DNA from: an uncultured Chloroflexia bacterium
GTDB taxonomy: Bacteria; Chloroflexota; Chloroflexia; QHBQ01; JADMIH01
Length of the DNA: 64,000 nucleotides
Direction of reading: 5' to 3'
Assembly (NCBI GenBank): GCA_963797095.1
Contig: CAWCNY010000003.1
Location: 224,001 to 288,000 of the forward strand
Below, in pieces: positions 46,871-60,333 of this stretch (position 1 is its first letter; each line of letters opens with the position of its first letter). The translations under genes were made by a program, and so were the position numbers. The notes under the pieces are model-generated. The model saw only the letters and a program-made list of their open reading frames with translations. It was not told the origin of the DNA and did no database searches.

Positions 46871-47833
46871 CTACCCGCCCAGCACCCGAATATAAACATC
46901 CACATCCACGTTGCCACCGCTCACCACGCAGCATACGCGCTTCCCCCCGAACAAATCAGGCTCGGTTAGCAAAGCTCCTGTTGTGAGCGCGCCCGTCGGC
47001 TCAACCTTGAGGTTGGCTGCCGAATAGAGAGTTCGCAACCCCTCGGCGATCTTGTCTTCCGGCACCTCCACTATCCGCCGGAGGCCACCGCTTATTATCT
47101 CCCAGTTCAACTTGCCCACGCTTGGAGTGCGCGTACCATCGGCTATGGTCGCAGGTTCAGAATCCAACGTCACCAGTTCGCCCGACCGCAACGAGCGGGC
47201 GGCATCATTCCCCAGGAGCGGTTCCGCGCCGATCACTTCCACATCGGGAGCAAGGAGATCGCGGGCCACAATAATCCCTGAAATGAGGCCGCCGCCACCC
47301 ACGGGGCATACCACGCAATCAAGCCCTCCCGGCCCGAATCGCTCGAAAATCTCCCTTCCCAGTGTGGAGTTGCCCGCCACCACCCGATAGTGGTCGAACG
47401 GCGGCGCGTAGAAAGCGTCCGGGTGCACGCTCATCATCTCCGTCGTGTACAATTGCCTGCTCTTGGTGGTGGTATCGATCAGGCGCACCTCGCCCCCGTA
47501 GGCCCTGATGTTGGCCTGCTTCGTCCTGGACGAATTGGCGGGCATAAGCACCGTGCAGTGCTTACCGAGCAACATGCAGGCATAGGCCACCGCCTGCCCG
47601 AAGTTGCCCGACGAAGTGGTAATAACCTCTTTGCTCTCGACCTCGCGCAAGAGGTTAAAAGCAGCGCGGAACTTGAAGCTGCCCGTTATCTGCAATGTCT
47701 CACTGGCGAGGGCAACATCGGCTCCCAGGGCATCGCTCAAGAGCTTCGTGCTGTGAAATGTGGTTGGCCGGACATGAGGGGCCAGCTCGGACCACACACG
47801 GCGTATATATTCCTCTGTCAATTGTTCGCGCAT
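46871..47833 (-). CDS. PLP-dependent threonine/serine dehydratase family (no ACT domain)
   Basis: TGSFKFR, SSGNFGQA, PVGGGGL, TIADG, SGGNVD. Confidence 0.9.
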   Translation of the reverse strand: MREQLTEEYIRRVWSELAPHVRPTTFHSTKLLSDALGADVALASETLQITGSFKFRAAFNLLREVESKEVITTSSGNFGQAVAYACMLLGKHCTVLMPANSSRTKQANIRAYGGEVRLIDTTTKSRQLYTTEMMSVHPDAFYAPPFDHYRVVAGNSTLGREIFERFGPGGLDCVVCPVGGGGLISGIIVARDLLAPDVEVIGAEPLLGNDAARSLRSGELVTLDSEPATIADGTRTPSVGKLNWEIISGGLRRIVEVPEDKIAEGLRTLYSAANLKVEPTGALTTGALLTEPDLFGGKRVCCVVSGGNVDVDVYIRVLGG

Positions 47834-47959
47834 CGTCACTCCCGTAATAAATAGCTCAGGCCATGCTCATCGCTCCCCAGGGACCCTCTCCAGTATAAAA
47901 CAACACCGTAATCACGCCCACCAGTCGCACCCACGAGGCATTCCCTCCTCAGCAACAAC

Positions 47960-48165
47960 CCCATTGTCCCAGGAGGGCACACCCTCAATCTCGACATTCC
48001 ACCCGGGCAAAGTCCCGGAGGGATCGTAGACAATAGCCCACGACACAACTCCTGTGGTCAGAACACCCCCAGGCCAACTCCCGAAGGGACGCGCAAGAAC
48101 ATAGCCCAGGGCGTAAGCCCTGTGGTAAGCCAAGGAAGATGCCATAGCCCCGTAGGGGCGTAATA
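47960..48165. repeat. Cluster of REP-like palindromes
   Basis: GTCCCAGGAGGGCAC, GTCCCGGAGGGA, TCCCGAAGGGA, AGCCCAGGGCGTAAGCCCTG, AGCCCCGTAGGGGCG. Confidence 0.6.
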
Positions 48166-48478
48166 GCTCTGCGATCCGCTGTGATGCAATACCCCTAAAC
48201 CTCCCTTCACGAACACCCCACCAAAAACCACCCGAAAGTACACCCCAAAACCTGCCCCGTTTTGCCCCACCAATGCCATTAAGTTAGCGAGGGAAGATCC
48301 AACCACCAACTCAAGAACCTGACAGATCCCGGATCGCCGGCTATACCAAAGTACACATTCTCACCACCATCGCCCACGTGTGGCGTCCACTCAAGTTGGC
48401 AAACATCCAAGTAAATCGTACAATGTGATGTTACGGCAAAGAAGTTACCATCCATTCGTTACGCAAGGGTACAACACT

Positions 48479-49348
48479 ATGAGCTACAAACTTAGAATCG
48501 ACATCAAGGCAGCACAACATGATAGAGGTTGGGACAGCATATTGGCATACGCCCGGGACACCGATGCTCTTGAGACATTCGGCGGGTTCTGGCTCTTCGA
48601 CCACTTTGTTCCCATAAACGGGCACGTCGAAGGGCCATGCATGGATGGCTGGACCCTGCTTGGGGCGCTCGCATCAGCCACAAAACGCGTGCGACTGGGG
48701 TTGATGGTCGGCTGCAACGGCTACCGCTACCCGGCTGTGCTCGCCAAGATCGCCACGACCGTAGACCGAGTGAGCGGCGGCAGGCTCGATATGGGGCTTG
48801 GTGCCGGGTGGTTCGAGCTTGAGTACAACATGTACGGCATACCGTTCCCCCCACCCGCCCAACGCATACACGAACTGGACGAAGCATGCGAGGTGCTAAA
48901 AAGGCTCTGGACCCAGGAGCTGGCCGACTTCGAAGGCAAATACTATAACCTGAAGGCGGCGCGCCACGAACCCAAGCCCGTGCAGAAGCCTTACCCACCT
49001 ATCGTGCTCGGCGGGGGCGGCGAAAAGCTGACCCTGCGGGTGGTGGCAAAGCACGCCGACATGTGGAACTTCGGAGGTGGATCACCCGAAGAAGGTGTTC
49101 GCAAGTTCCGTATACTTGACGAGCATTGCGAGGCCGTCGGGCGCGATCCATCAGCCATCAGGCGCTCGGCCCAGTTCTACATGCGAAGCGCAGACGAGAT
49201 AGATGGAGTGCGGGCGCGAGTAGAACAGTATGCAGAGGTTGGTTTCGACCACGTGTGCGTGGGGCTACCAACAGCGTATGTACCCGGCCTAGTAGAAGAG
49301 ATCGGCAAGCGGATCGAGCCGCTGCTGGGCCAGCTCGTTGCAATGTAG
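48479..49348 (+). CDS. LLM-class (probably F420-dependent) oxidoreductase
   Basis: WLFDHF, LAKIATTVD..SGGRL..GLGAGW, PKPVQKPYPPI..GGGGEK. Confidence 0.9.
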   Translation: MSYKLRIDIKAAQHDRGWDSILAYARDTDALETFGGFWLFDHFVPINGHVEGPCMDGWTLLGALASATKRVRLGLMVGCNGYRYPAVLAKIATTVDRVSGGRLDMGLGAGWFELEYNMYGIPFPPPAQRIHELDEACEVLKRLWTQELADFEGKYYNLKAARHEPKPVQKPYPPIVLGGGGEKLTLRVVAKHADMWNFGGGSPEEGVRKFRILDEHCEAVGRDPSAIRRSAQFYMRSADEIDGVRARVEQYAEVGFDHVCVGLPTAYVPGLVEEIGKRIEPLLGQLVAM

Positions 49349-49364
49349 GAGGAACTCGCAGAAG

Positions 49365-50090
49365 GTGAAAGGCTTCAAATACTTTGATGTAGTAATGGTC
49401 GCGTTCGTGGCAGTGCTCCTGATCAGCAACATCGCCTCCAACAAGTTCGTGGACCTCGGCATATTCCAATTCGACGGGGGCACCATCCTGTTCCCTCTCA
49501 GCTACATCTTCGGAGATGTGCTTACCGAGGTCTACGGCTACAAGCGCTCGCGACGCGTGATCTGGATGGGGTTCGGAGCAGCGGCGCTGATGGCGCTCGT
49601 AATCTGGATCGTGACCATCCTCCCCATCCCCTCCAACCAGGGGCCGCAGCCCCAATCTGAAGCGTTCAACATGGCCCTCGCCGGAACTCCCTACATAGTG
49701 CTCGGCAGCCTCGTTGCCTACTTCGCTGGCGAGTTCTCCAACTCCTTCATCCTCGCCAAGATGAAAATAGTTACCAAAGGTAGGTGGCTCTGGTCCCGCA
49801 CTATCGGTTCAACCATAGTAGGTGAGGGGGTCGATACTCTCCTGTTCGCGTCCATTGCCTTTGCGCTCGGAGGCGCGCTTCTGGGCACGCCCTGGGAAAC
49901 AGGCGCTCTCTGGACCCTCATTGTCTCCAACTATGTATTCAAAGTGGGCGTCGAAGCCATATTTACACCGGTCACCTATGCGGTAGTAAGTTTCCTCAAG
50001 CGCACCGAGCACGAGGACTATTACGACGTAGGAACAGATTTCAACCCCTTCACCCTATCCTCAGCCGAACCCCAGGGCGCGACACAATAG
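49365..50090 (+). CDS. Queuosine precursor transporter (YhhQ/VUT family)
   Basis: LISNI, FPLSYIFGDVLTEVYGY, RTIGSTIVGE..DT. Confidence 0.88.
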   Translation: MKGFKYFDVVMVAFVAVLLISNIASNKFVDLGIFQFDGGTILFPLSYIFGDVLTEVYGYKRSRRVIWMGFGAAALMALVIWIVTILPIPSNQGPQPQSEAFNMALAGTPYIVLGSLVAYFAGEFSNSFILAKMKIVTKGRWLWSRTIGSTIVGEGVDTLLFASIAFALGGALLGTPWETGALWTLIVSNYVFKVGVEAIFTPVTYAVVSFLKRTEHEDYYDVGTDFNPFTLSSAEPQGATQ

Positions 50091-50116
50091 GCACAGGCAC
50101 GCGTTCGCGTATCTGC

Positions 50117-52489
50117 CTACGTGTCAGGGGTCACCCGCAACACCGACCGGGGCTTAGGCACGCGATCCTTTACGCCCGGTGGCTGGTTGAACATATAGAA
50201 GTCGATCCCGGCTTCGCCGGGCCCACAATTGGCCTGCTCGGCAACCGTCTCCTTATGCTCTGGGACCGCTTTGCCCGACTCGACAAATTGCCTCAGATCA
50301 AGGTCGTGGTTATCGGGGTCCGGGAATTGCCCTCGGCTGTATGCTTCCCACGCGTCGAGTAGCCTGATCAGCGAATCTGCAAAGTGGTAAGCTTTATGCC
50401 TGCGATCGTCGTTCGCATAGTACTTGTATGGAAAATCCTCCACCGAGGTCGCAGGCTGGCCGGGGTCCTCCACCAGCAAGCTTGCGTAGTCGCGCTTCTT
50501 GAAGGCATATTTGAATTTCTGAAGCTGAATCTCAAGCTGAGACATAAGCGTGAGGAAGCGTGTCCAGCGGTGGTGGTCAAAATCGAATTCCCCGAAAGTC
50601 TCACCTGCCCACTCCCCCTTCAATTGCATGGCGCGTATGATGTTTGGGTCCATATCGAGGTTCATGCCGCCTTCCTCCGGCGTTAGGCGCACCGTCACGA
50701 TACGCTCCCGGTAGCCGGGTAAGGCAGCTTGCAGGTTGTCATGGTTCTCTCGTGCCGTATCCACCACCCGCATCAGGAAGGCAAAAGGGCTGCCGTCTAC
50801 ATCTCGCCAATCGGTGGCAGGCAGAGCTTTGGGATCCCCAATCGTCACCTCTCCGGCTGTGCTTTCGCTTGCGGGGGGCGGATTAGAGGCCAGGTCATCT
50901 ACATCCTCGCCACCTTCCGAGCCTGCGATAAGACTCACCGCATTGGCGAACACCTTCTGGTCGCCCACCGAGCTAGGCTCATCCTGCATGTATGAAAGAT
51001 CGATCCCGAAGGTTGGGCGCGTGGGCAGCCACTTATCGAAGCTGTGGATCGGGAAGTTGCTGGTCGTGCCGCCGTCGCTGAAGAAATGCTTTTGCAGATC
51101 GTCGGTGTCTATGAGCGGTTCGTGCTGGCTTGCCTTCCTGAAGGACGATGGCTTGATGGTATAGAAAGGCACGGCGCTGAAGAAGACCGGGATGGCAAGG
51201 CTCATCCGCATAGCCACCACCACCGGGAAGTCCTCGGGGTCGGGCAGAAAGTAATAGCCGGGCGGCAGGGTGCACCATCTCTTGGGCCTGGCTGCGTCGG
51301 CGAGAGGTTCGGCAAGTTCGTCTACAAAGGTGTCCGACTTATATCTGTGTGCCACCATGTGAGCAACCACCGGCGCTGGGAAGAGGCGTTCCATATCCTC
51401 CTTCCTGAAAAGGAATATGCGCGACTTGAACGGAAGCCTGTAGGGGATGCCCTGGCTGACGTTGGTGGTGATCATTTGCAGGGTGATGCTCTTTGATACA
51501 GGCTTACCACTTTTGTCCGGCACGGTGCGCCCGCAAAGTTGCCCGAATGTGAGCGGCGCAGGCTCCCATTTCATTCCCGCCACATCGTTCAACTTCTCGT
51601 AGAGATAATCGGTGAGAAGCACCGGCTGCCCGCGCTTATAGTCGGGGTCGTGGCCGTTAACGATGCCCATATCGTTGCGCGGGACTTCCTCGGTGAACAC
51701 TCTAAGCCCCAGGTCGGCCACGCCACCCAATACTCCACCGAGCGTGCCCAACAGGATGGTAAAGAACGCGGCCAGCAGCAAAGCCCAGTTACCTGGGCCG
51801 AGCCAGGCGTCGAGCGCCCACCCAATCCCCAGGAGCAACAAACCACCCGCCACCCCCACGAACGCGTTGAGCAGGCGGCCCAGGAGGTTCTTCAACAGGT
51901 ACCCGGCCACAAAACCGAGCACCACCGGAATAGCTGCCAGCACCCAGCCTCCCCAACCGGAGTTCAAACTGGAAACCCAATCGGTTGGCAATATTGAAGC
52001 CAGCCATCCCCACACACCCGCTACCGCATAGGAGAGTGACGCGCCAAGAATGATCCCGATCAGCGCGCCCATTCCGAACCCAAAAGTGTCGAATCGAGCC
52101 AGAGAGCGGATCGTATTCGTCACTTTGCCTGAGGCGGTACGTCGCTTATTGCGTCCCCCGAATGCACCCGTGGCATGGAGTAATTCGAGGATTGGACGGG
52201 TGCCTTTGGGCGCTCCAAACCGCGTGAACAGTTGGGCGCTGAAGTCGTCGGCCAGGGCGCGCATGCGCTCAAAGCCGTCGCTGCCCTCCTCGTCAATGCT
52301 CAGGCGGCCATATTCGGCTGCCGCCACCACGGCGGCCGCAACCGCCCCGGCCGATGTGCCACCTATGGAGGCAAATGTGTAACTATCCTTCAGCTTGGTA
52401 ATCGCATATGGGTAGACGATGCCGCTTGTCACGCCACCCTTCATTACCAGGTCACATTCGTTTGCGGGCAACTTACTATCTGTGGGCAT
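50117..52489 (-). CDS. Patatin-like phospholipase with inserted transmembrane region
   Basis: GGVTSG, GTSAG nucleophile, FSDGG catalytic Asp; about four hydrophobic helices. Confidence 0.85.
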   Translation of the reverse strand: MPTDSKLPANECDLVMKGGVTSGIVYPYAITKLKDSYTFASIGGTSAGAVAAAVVAAAEYGRLSIDEEGSDGFERMRALADDFSAQLFTRFGAPKGTRPILELLHATGAFGGRNKRRTASGKVTNTIRSLARFDTFGFGMGALIGIILGASLSYAVAGVWGWLASILPTDWVSSLNSGWGGWVLAAIPVVLGFVAGYLLKNLLGRLLNAFVGVAGGLLLLGIGWALDAWLGPGNWALLLAAFFTILLGTLGGVLGGVADLGLRVFTEEVPRNDMGIVNGHDPDYKRGQPVLLTDYLYEKLNDVAGMKWEPAPLTFGQLCGRTVPDKSGKPVSKSITLQMITTNVSQGIPYRLPFKSRIFLFRKEDMERLFPAPVVAHMVAHRYKSDTFVDELAEPLADAARPKRWCTLPPGYYFLPDPEDFPVVVAMRMSLAIPVFFSAVPFYTIKPSSFRKASQHEPLIDTDDLQKHFFSDGGTTSNFPIHSFDKWLPTRPTFGIDLSYMQDEPSSVGDQKVFANAVSLIAGSEGGEDVDDLASNPPPASESTAGEVTIGDPKALPATDWRDVDGSPFAFLMRVVDTARENHDNLQAALPGYRERIVTVRLTPEEGGMNLDMDPNIIRAMQLKGEWAGETFGEFDFDHHRWTRFLTLMSQLEIQLQKFKYAFKKRDYASLLVEDPGQPATSVEDFPYKYYANDDRRHKAYHFADSLIRLLDAWEAYSRGQFPDPDNHDLDLRQFVESGKAVPEHKETVAEQANCGPGEAGIDFYMFNQPPGVKDRVPKPRSVLRVTPDT

Positions 52490-52689
52490 TGCTGTTCGTC
52501 TCCTCGTTCTGTGGCGACACTCCCTGGAAACAAATCGTTCCAAGGCTCAATCCTGAAAGCGGGCGACAGTGAAAACCCGCTTCCAGACTTACAAGCCCAT
52601 CTTAGCACTCTCAAACGGGAGACACATCAGACATTAAGATTAATCTGGAGGAAAGTACTTCGTGTGCGGACCTGCAATCGGGTGATAAC

Positions 52690-52785
52690 ATGAGACACCC
52701 CCCGATTATTGGTGCAGCTTCGCAGGCGTGCAATCTGGTTCTAAAAAGCCCCTCCCCAAGATTTGGGGAGGGTTGGGGTGGGGTC
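52690..52785 (+). repeat. Composite repeat copy C (57-bp unit plus CCCCTCCCC/G-tract, no inner hairpin)
   Basis: ATGAGACA..TTCGCAGGCGTGCAATCTGGTTCTAAAAAG-CCCCTCCCC..GGGGAGGGTTGGGGTGGGGTC. Confidence 0.8.
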
Positions 52786-52854
52786 TTTGGGCGTTCCCAA
52801 TCCATATTGCTCATGAATCTGATGTTCGGATGTCTCACATTGGCACTTTCTTCT

Positions 52855-55717
<2,863 letters not shown>

Positions 55718-55725
<8 letters not shown>

Positions 55726-56881
55726 GGGCTACCTCTGTGGAAAGGGCTGCCGCCCTGTTTGGGTCCGCCCTATTGGAGGCAACCTGGGCAAGGAAGCGGT
55801 CAAATAGCCCATACGAATCTGTGGGGCCGGGGCTGGCCTCAGGGTGCCACTGTACGCCCCACACCGGCAGCGACATATGTGCCAACCCTTCCACGGTATC
55901 ATCGTTCAAGTTGACATGGGTAACGCGGTGGTCGGCAGGCAATGAGGACGCGTCCACCACATATCCGTGGTTCTGGGTGGTGAGGTAGAGGCGGCCCGTG
56001 TCGCGCTCAAGCACAGGTTGGTTGGCTCCCCTGTGCCCAAAGCGCATCTTGTGGGTGCTCCCTCCCGCGGCCAGCGCCAGCAGTTGGTGTCCCAGGCAGA
56101 TACCGAAGATCGGCACCCCGCTGCCCTCGACAAGGTCCTTCACGGTGTCGATAGCGTAATCCAACCTGGCGGGGTCGCCCGGCCCGTTCGCGAGAAATAT
56201 CCCATCGGGCTGAAGCCCCGATATCTCATCCGCGCTCATATGCGCCGGCACCACCCACACGCCCGCGCCGCGCTCCAGCAGGCGGTCCAACATACTCTGT
56301 TTCGCCCCGTAATCCAGCAATGCGATGCGTGGTCCTTCCGGCGTAGCGGGTGGGTGCCAGGCAAGCTCGGTAGCGGAGCATTCAGACACGAAATCGATCG
56401 AGTCGTAGTCCAGGCTGCGGGCCATCGAAAGGAGCAATTCCTCCGAAGGCAGTTCTGCCTCCAGGCAAACGGCCAGGGCCACCGGAAGCACCCCATGCGT
56501 GCGCACCTTCCGCACAAGAGAGCGCGTGTCTACCCCCGACATAGCAGGTATACCCTGCGAGCGCAATAGCGTATCCAGGTCATCGTTGCTGTCGCGGTGC
56601 CCACCGCTTGGCATTAGATCGCGCACGATCGCCGCCTGTACGTGAATGCGCGCGCTTTGGTCGGCGGTTGGCCCGGCGCCGTAATTGCCCACCAGCGGAT
56701 ATGTGAAAATCAGAATTTGCCCTGCGTAAGAGGGGTCGGTCAACGCCTCCTGGTAGCCGGTCATGCCGGTTTGGAAGACCAGCTCGCCTGTTACCAGCCC
56801 TGGCGCTCCCGCTCCCCGGCCACGTACCACGGTGCCATCGGCGGCCACCAGCAGAGCCTCCAGCCTTTCACCCGGCATCAT
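55718..56881 (-). CDS. carA: Carbamoyl-phosphate synthase small subunit
   Basis: TGYQEALTDPSY, NGPGDP, GICLGHQ, QWHPEASPGP. Confidence 0.96.
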
Positions 56882-57072
56882 GGCACCTCCATCCAGCCTG
56901 GGGCAACTCATCCGCGGGCCATCTGATCCCTTTGTATATGTACATCAGCTTGTTATCTCTATATGAATCGGACACTGTAGCATCGGCGGCTGCAATGTCC
57001 CTAAACGGTTATAGTATGCAACAGATGAAGATTGCGAATCGCTAAATCCACCAAAATGATTAAGACAAATAG

Positions 57073-57963
57073 TCATTCCCTTCCACTTACGACCAGGGTA
57101 CCCACCCTGCCCGTCGATTCTCCTTGTAAGCTCTCAATAAGCAGTGGCCTCTCCACCGTGCCATCTATCAACTGGACCGAGCGCACACCGGCCTCCAGGG
57201 CCTCTATGCAGTTGCGAACTTTCGGGAGCATCCCCCCCGATATTGCCCCCGACTGCACCAGCGCTTCCAGGTCTGCGGCGGTGCACACCGGCAAACGCGT
57301 CGCAGGATCGGCGGGGTCGCGCAGGATACCCGGCACGTTGGTCAGCATCATCAGCCTGCCCACGCCCAGGGCACAAGCCAAAGTTTGAGCTACCGTATCG
57401 GCATTGACATTGTACACGTTTCCCTCGGTATCGGCAGCCAGAGAGGCAACTGCCGGCGTATACCCCTTCTCAAGCAGTAGAGCTAGCAGGGATATGTCTG
57501 CCGAAATTACGTCGCCAACATGACCAAAATCGACCCATTCCTCCTCCATAAACACGGGCGGGCGGCGGGTAACTCTTACCAGACCGCCATCCACGCCCGA
57601 CAAACCAACCCCGCGAGCGCCATGCTTCCGCAGAGCAGCCAGCAGGTCCACGTTGATCGAGCCTCCGTACACCATCTTGGCTACCTCAAGCGCATCATCG
57701 TCGGTCACCCGCCTCCCCGCCACCTTCCTGACGGTATGCTTCAGCTTCGCAGCCAGAGCATCCGCCTGAGGCCCGCCCCCGTGCACCAGCACCACACCCA
57801 CTCCATTCGCAGACAAAATAGCGATCTGCGACGCAAGCGAGTCGAGCGTGCGGGGGTTCAGCACCACCTCACCACCCACCTTAACCAGCAAGCGCTCCCC
57901 CCTCCAGGCGTTCAGCACGTCCCGGGGCAGGCTTGCAGGATCAGCGTTGGCGGAAAGGGTCAT
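57073..57963 (-). CDS. argB: Acetylglutamate kinase
   Basis: VKVGG, HGGGPQ, GRRVTD, NVNAD, GGMLPK. Confidence 0.92.
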   Translation of the reverse strand: MTLSANADPASLPRDVLNAWRGERLLVKVGGEVVLNPRTLDSLASQIAILSANGVGVVLVHGGGPQADALAAKLKHTVRKVAGRRVTDDDALEVAKMVYGGSINVDLLAALRKHGARGVGLSGVDGGLVRVTRRPPVFMEEEWVDFGHVGDVISADISLLALLLEKGYTPAVASLAADTEGNVYNVNADTVAQTLACALGVGRLMMLTNVPGILRDPADPATRLPVCTAADLEALVQSGAISGGMLPKVRNCIEALEAGVRSVQLIDGTVERPLLIESLQGESTGRVGTLVVSGRE

Positions 57964-59165
57964 ACCTGCGCAGGCTCCTTGATACTCGTAAGCACACCTT
58001 CAAGCACCGAAACCAGGTGCTCGATATCCTCAGTAGTCACTACCATAGGCGGCATGAGCCGCAACACATTCGGGTCCGCCGAAGTGCCCAATATGATCCC
58101 CCGCTCAAGCATAGCCATCTGCACGGCCTTGGCCGGCACATCCAGGTTGAGTCCCAGCAGCAGGCCCATCCCCCGCACCTCCCGTACATGGGGCAGTTTC
58201 GCCACCCCAGATTTGATCATGCCGCCCATAGCTGCCGCATGAGAGCATAAGTCCTCTTCCAGGATAATCTCAAGCGTGGCAAGCGCAGCAGCACACACCA
58301 GCGGCCCGCCCCCGAAAGTCGAGCCATGCTCGTCCTGCTTCACGGTCTCGGCCACGCGAGTGGAGATCAGGGTCGCACCCATAGGCACGCCGCTTGCGAT
58401 CCCTTTGGCGAGAGTGATGATGTCGGGCACCACGTCCCACTGCTCGCCACACCACAGCTTCCCCGTGCGCCCAAGCCCCGTCTGGATCTCGTCAAAAATC
58501 AGCAGCGCTCCCCGCTTGTCGCACAACTCGCGTAGCCCTCGGTAATACGCAGCCTCCGCCACGCGCACCCCCGCGATACTCTGCACCGGCTCCAGGATCA
58601 CCGCAGCCACATCGTCACCCAATGTCGCCTCGATTGCCCCCAGGTCGCCAAACGCAACGAACTCTACATCCGGCACCAGTGGCTCAAATCCCTGCCTGTA
58701 CTTGGGATAATCGGTCATCGAGAGCGCGCCCATCGTCCGCCCATGAAACGCCCCCTGCAAGGCCAGTATGCGCGGCCGCCCGGTGAACTTACGCGCCAAT
58801 TTTAGGGCCGTCTCGTTGGCCTCCGCCCCCGAATTGCAGAAGAACACCTGCCCATAACCCTCCGGCGCAGCCGAGACAAGCGCCAGGGCATAAGTGGCGC
58901 GCACGTCGTTGTATACGATATTGGAATAAAAGATCAGGCGTGAGGCCTGCTCTTGTATGGCCCGCACCACGCGTGGGTGGCAATGGCCCAGCATCGTCAC
59001 CGCGTGCCCGCAATAAAAGTCGTAGTAAGCGCGACCATCGGCGTCGTAAAGCATTATCCCTTCACCGCGCACCGCCACAATCGGAAGCTTGGCGTACGTG
59101 CCAAGCTGTGATCCCGTTTCCTCTTCGATTACAGATGCGCGCTCTATATCTGTCGTAACTGTCAT
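57960..59165 (-). CDS. argD: Acetylornithine aminotransferase (class III PLP)
   Basis: NSGAEANE, FHGRT, FDEIQTGLGRTG, LAKGI, HGSTFGG; operon context. Confidence 0.88.
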   Translation of the reverse strand: MTVTTDIERASVIEEETGSQLGTYAKLPIVAVRGEGIMLYDADGRAYYDFYCGHAVTMLGHCHPRVVRAIQEQASRLIFYSNIVYNDVRATYALALVSAAPEGYGQVFFCNSGAEANETALKLARKFTGRPRILALQGAFHGRTMGALSMTDYPKYRQGFEPLVPDVEFVAFGDLGAIEATLGDDVAAVILEPVQSIAGVRVAEAAYYRGLRELCDKRGALLIFDEIQTGLGRTGKLWCGEQWDVVPDIITLAKGIASGVPMGATLISTRVAETVKQDEHGSTFGGGPLVCAAALATLEIILEEDLCSHAAAMGGMIKSGVAKLPHVREVRGMGLLLGLNLDVPAKAVQMAMLERGIILGTSADPNVLRLMPPMVVTTEDIEHLVSVLEGVLTSIKEPAQV

Positions 59166-59226
59166 GCTAACTCCTTGCAAGCAGTTGACGCTTGCAGCTT
59201 TCATGCTAACTATCTTTCCCTTTAAT

Positions 59227-60333
59227 CTAAGGTAACGTGCCCGGAAACTCCAACCCCAGGTGCTCAGGCCAGCCAAACGCTACATTGAGGTTCTGCACGG
59301 CCTGGCCCGCGCCCCCCTTCACCAGGTTATCTATGGCACTCGTGACAATAATCGCACCTTCGCCATCGGTAGCGGCATTCAGGTCGCAGAAGTTGGAGTG
59401 CGACACCACCGCCACTCGCGGCGTATCGACCAATCTCACGAAATACTCCTGCCCGTACGCTTCCTCGTAGATACTCTGCAATTCTGCGTTGCTCACCTGC
59501 CTCCTCGGAAAAGCGTAAGCGGTGGTAAAGATCCCCCTAACCATCGGCGCGGAATGAGGCGTGAACACCACTCGCAAATGATCATTCTCTGTTGATAGCC
59601 ACTTGTTCAACTCCTGCGCTATCTCAGGGCGGTGTCTGTGCTTGAACAGGCCATAAGCGCGAAAGTCGGCGGCGCGGGTGGGGTGGTGCGTCCCCTCCCC
59701 CGGTTCCTTCCCCGATCCCGACGACCCCGTCTTAGAGTCTATCACAACAGACCCGTCGAGCAAACCCGCCCGCGCCAGCGGCGTCAGCGCCAGCAGCGCC
59801 CCCGTCGGGAAGCACCCCGGACAGGCCACCAGCCGCGCCTCCTTAACAGCGTCCCGGTTCCACTCCGTAAGCCCGTAAGCCGCACGAGCGGCCCATTCAG
59901 GCGCGGTGTGCTCCAGGCGATAATACTCCTGAAACGTCCCAGGGTCCATGATCCGAAAATCGCCGCTCATATCGAACACCACCGGCCCCTCCCCACGAGG
60001 GCCGCTCTTACCCCCTACCGCCAGTATTCCCGGCACGCGCTTGATAGCCTGCCCGTGCGGCAGCGCCAGGAACACGGCGGCGTACTCGCTAGCTTCCTCG
60101 TCCGAGATCGAAGCCACAAACTCCAGGTCCGTGAGCCTCGCGAGATGCGGGTGCACTGAACTCACCTTCCGCCCTGCATTGGACCCCGACGTGACGGCAG
60201 CCACCTGCACACTTGGGTGCCCCAGCAAGAGCCGCAACGCCTCGCCCCCGATGTACCCCGATGCGCCCAGGATCGCCACCCGAACAGGTGCCGGCCGGGA
60301 ACTCTGAGGCATAGGGGTATCAGCCACGCTCAC
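59227..60333 (-). CDS. argC: N-acetyl-gamma-glutamyl-phosphate reductase
   Basis: GASGYIG, LALPHG, PGCFPT, HRHRPEI, DNLVKGGAGQAVQN; GTG overlaps the upstream stop. Confidence 0.95.
   Translation of the reverse strand: MSVADTPMPQSSRPAPVRVAILGASGYIGGEALRLLLGHPSVQVAAVTSGSNAGRKVSSVHPHLARLTDLEFVASISDEEASEYAAVFLALPHGQAIKRVPGILAVGGKSGPRGEGPVVFDMSGDFRIMDPGTFQEYYRLEHTAPEWAARAAYGLTEWNRDAVKEARLVACPGCFPTGALLALTPLARAGLLDGSVVIDSKTGSSGSGKEPGEGTHHPTRAADFRAYGLFKHRHRPEIAQELNKWLSTENDHLRVVFTPHSAPMVRGIFTTAYAFPRRQVSNAELQSIYEEAYGQEYFVRLVDTPRVAVVSHSNFCDLNAATDGEGAIIVTSAIDNLVKGGAGQAVQNLNVAFGWPEHLGLEFPGTLP

Noticed and set aside
49340-49365. preQ1 riboswitch before the YhhQ-type transporter
   Set aside because: The gene follows the LLM gene after 16 nt; no room and no motif
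56890-57070. ARG box or internal promoter before carA
   Set aside because: Only a half-site (TGCATA) and no convincing -35
59162-59211. TCATGCTAACT direct repeat with a small hairpin between argC and argD
   Set aside because: Short; probably a local duplication of the start region, no function supportable
57073-60333. LysW-dependent lysine pathway (lysZ/lysY/lysJ)
   Set aside because: No lysW or lysX in the operon; carAB linkage and the CGC specifier favour arginine
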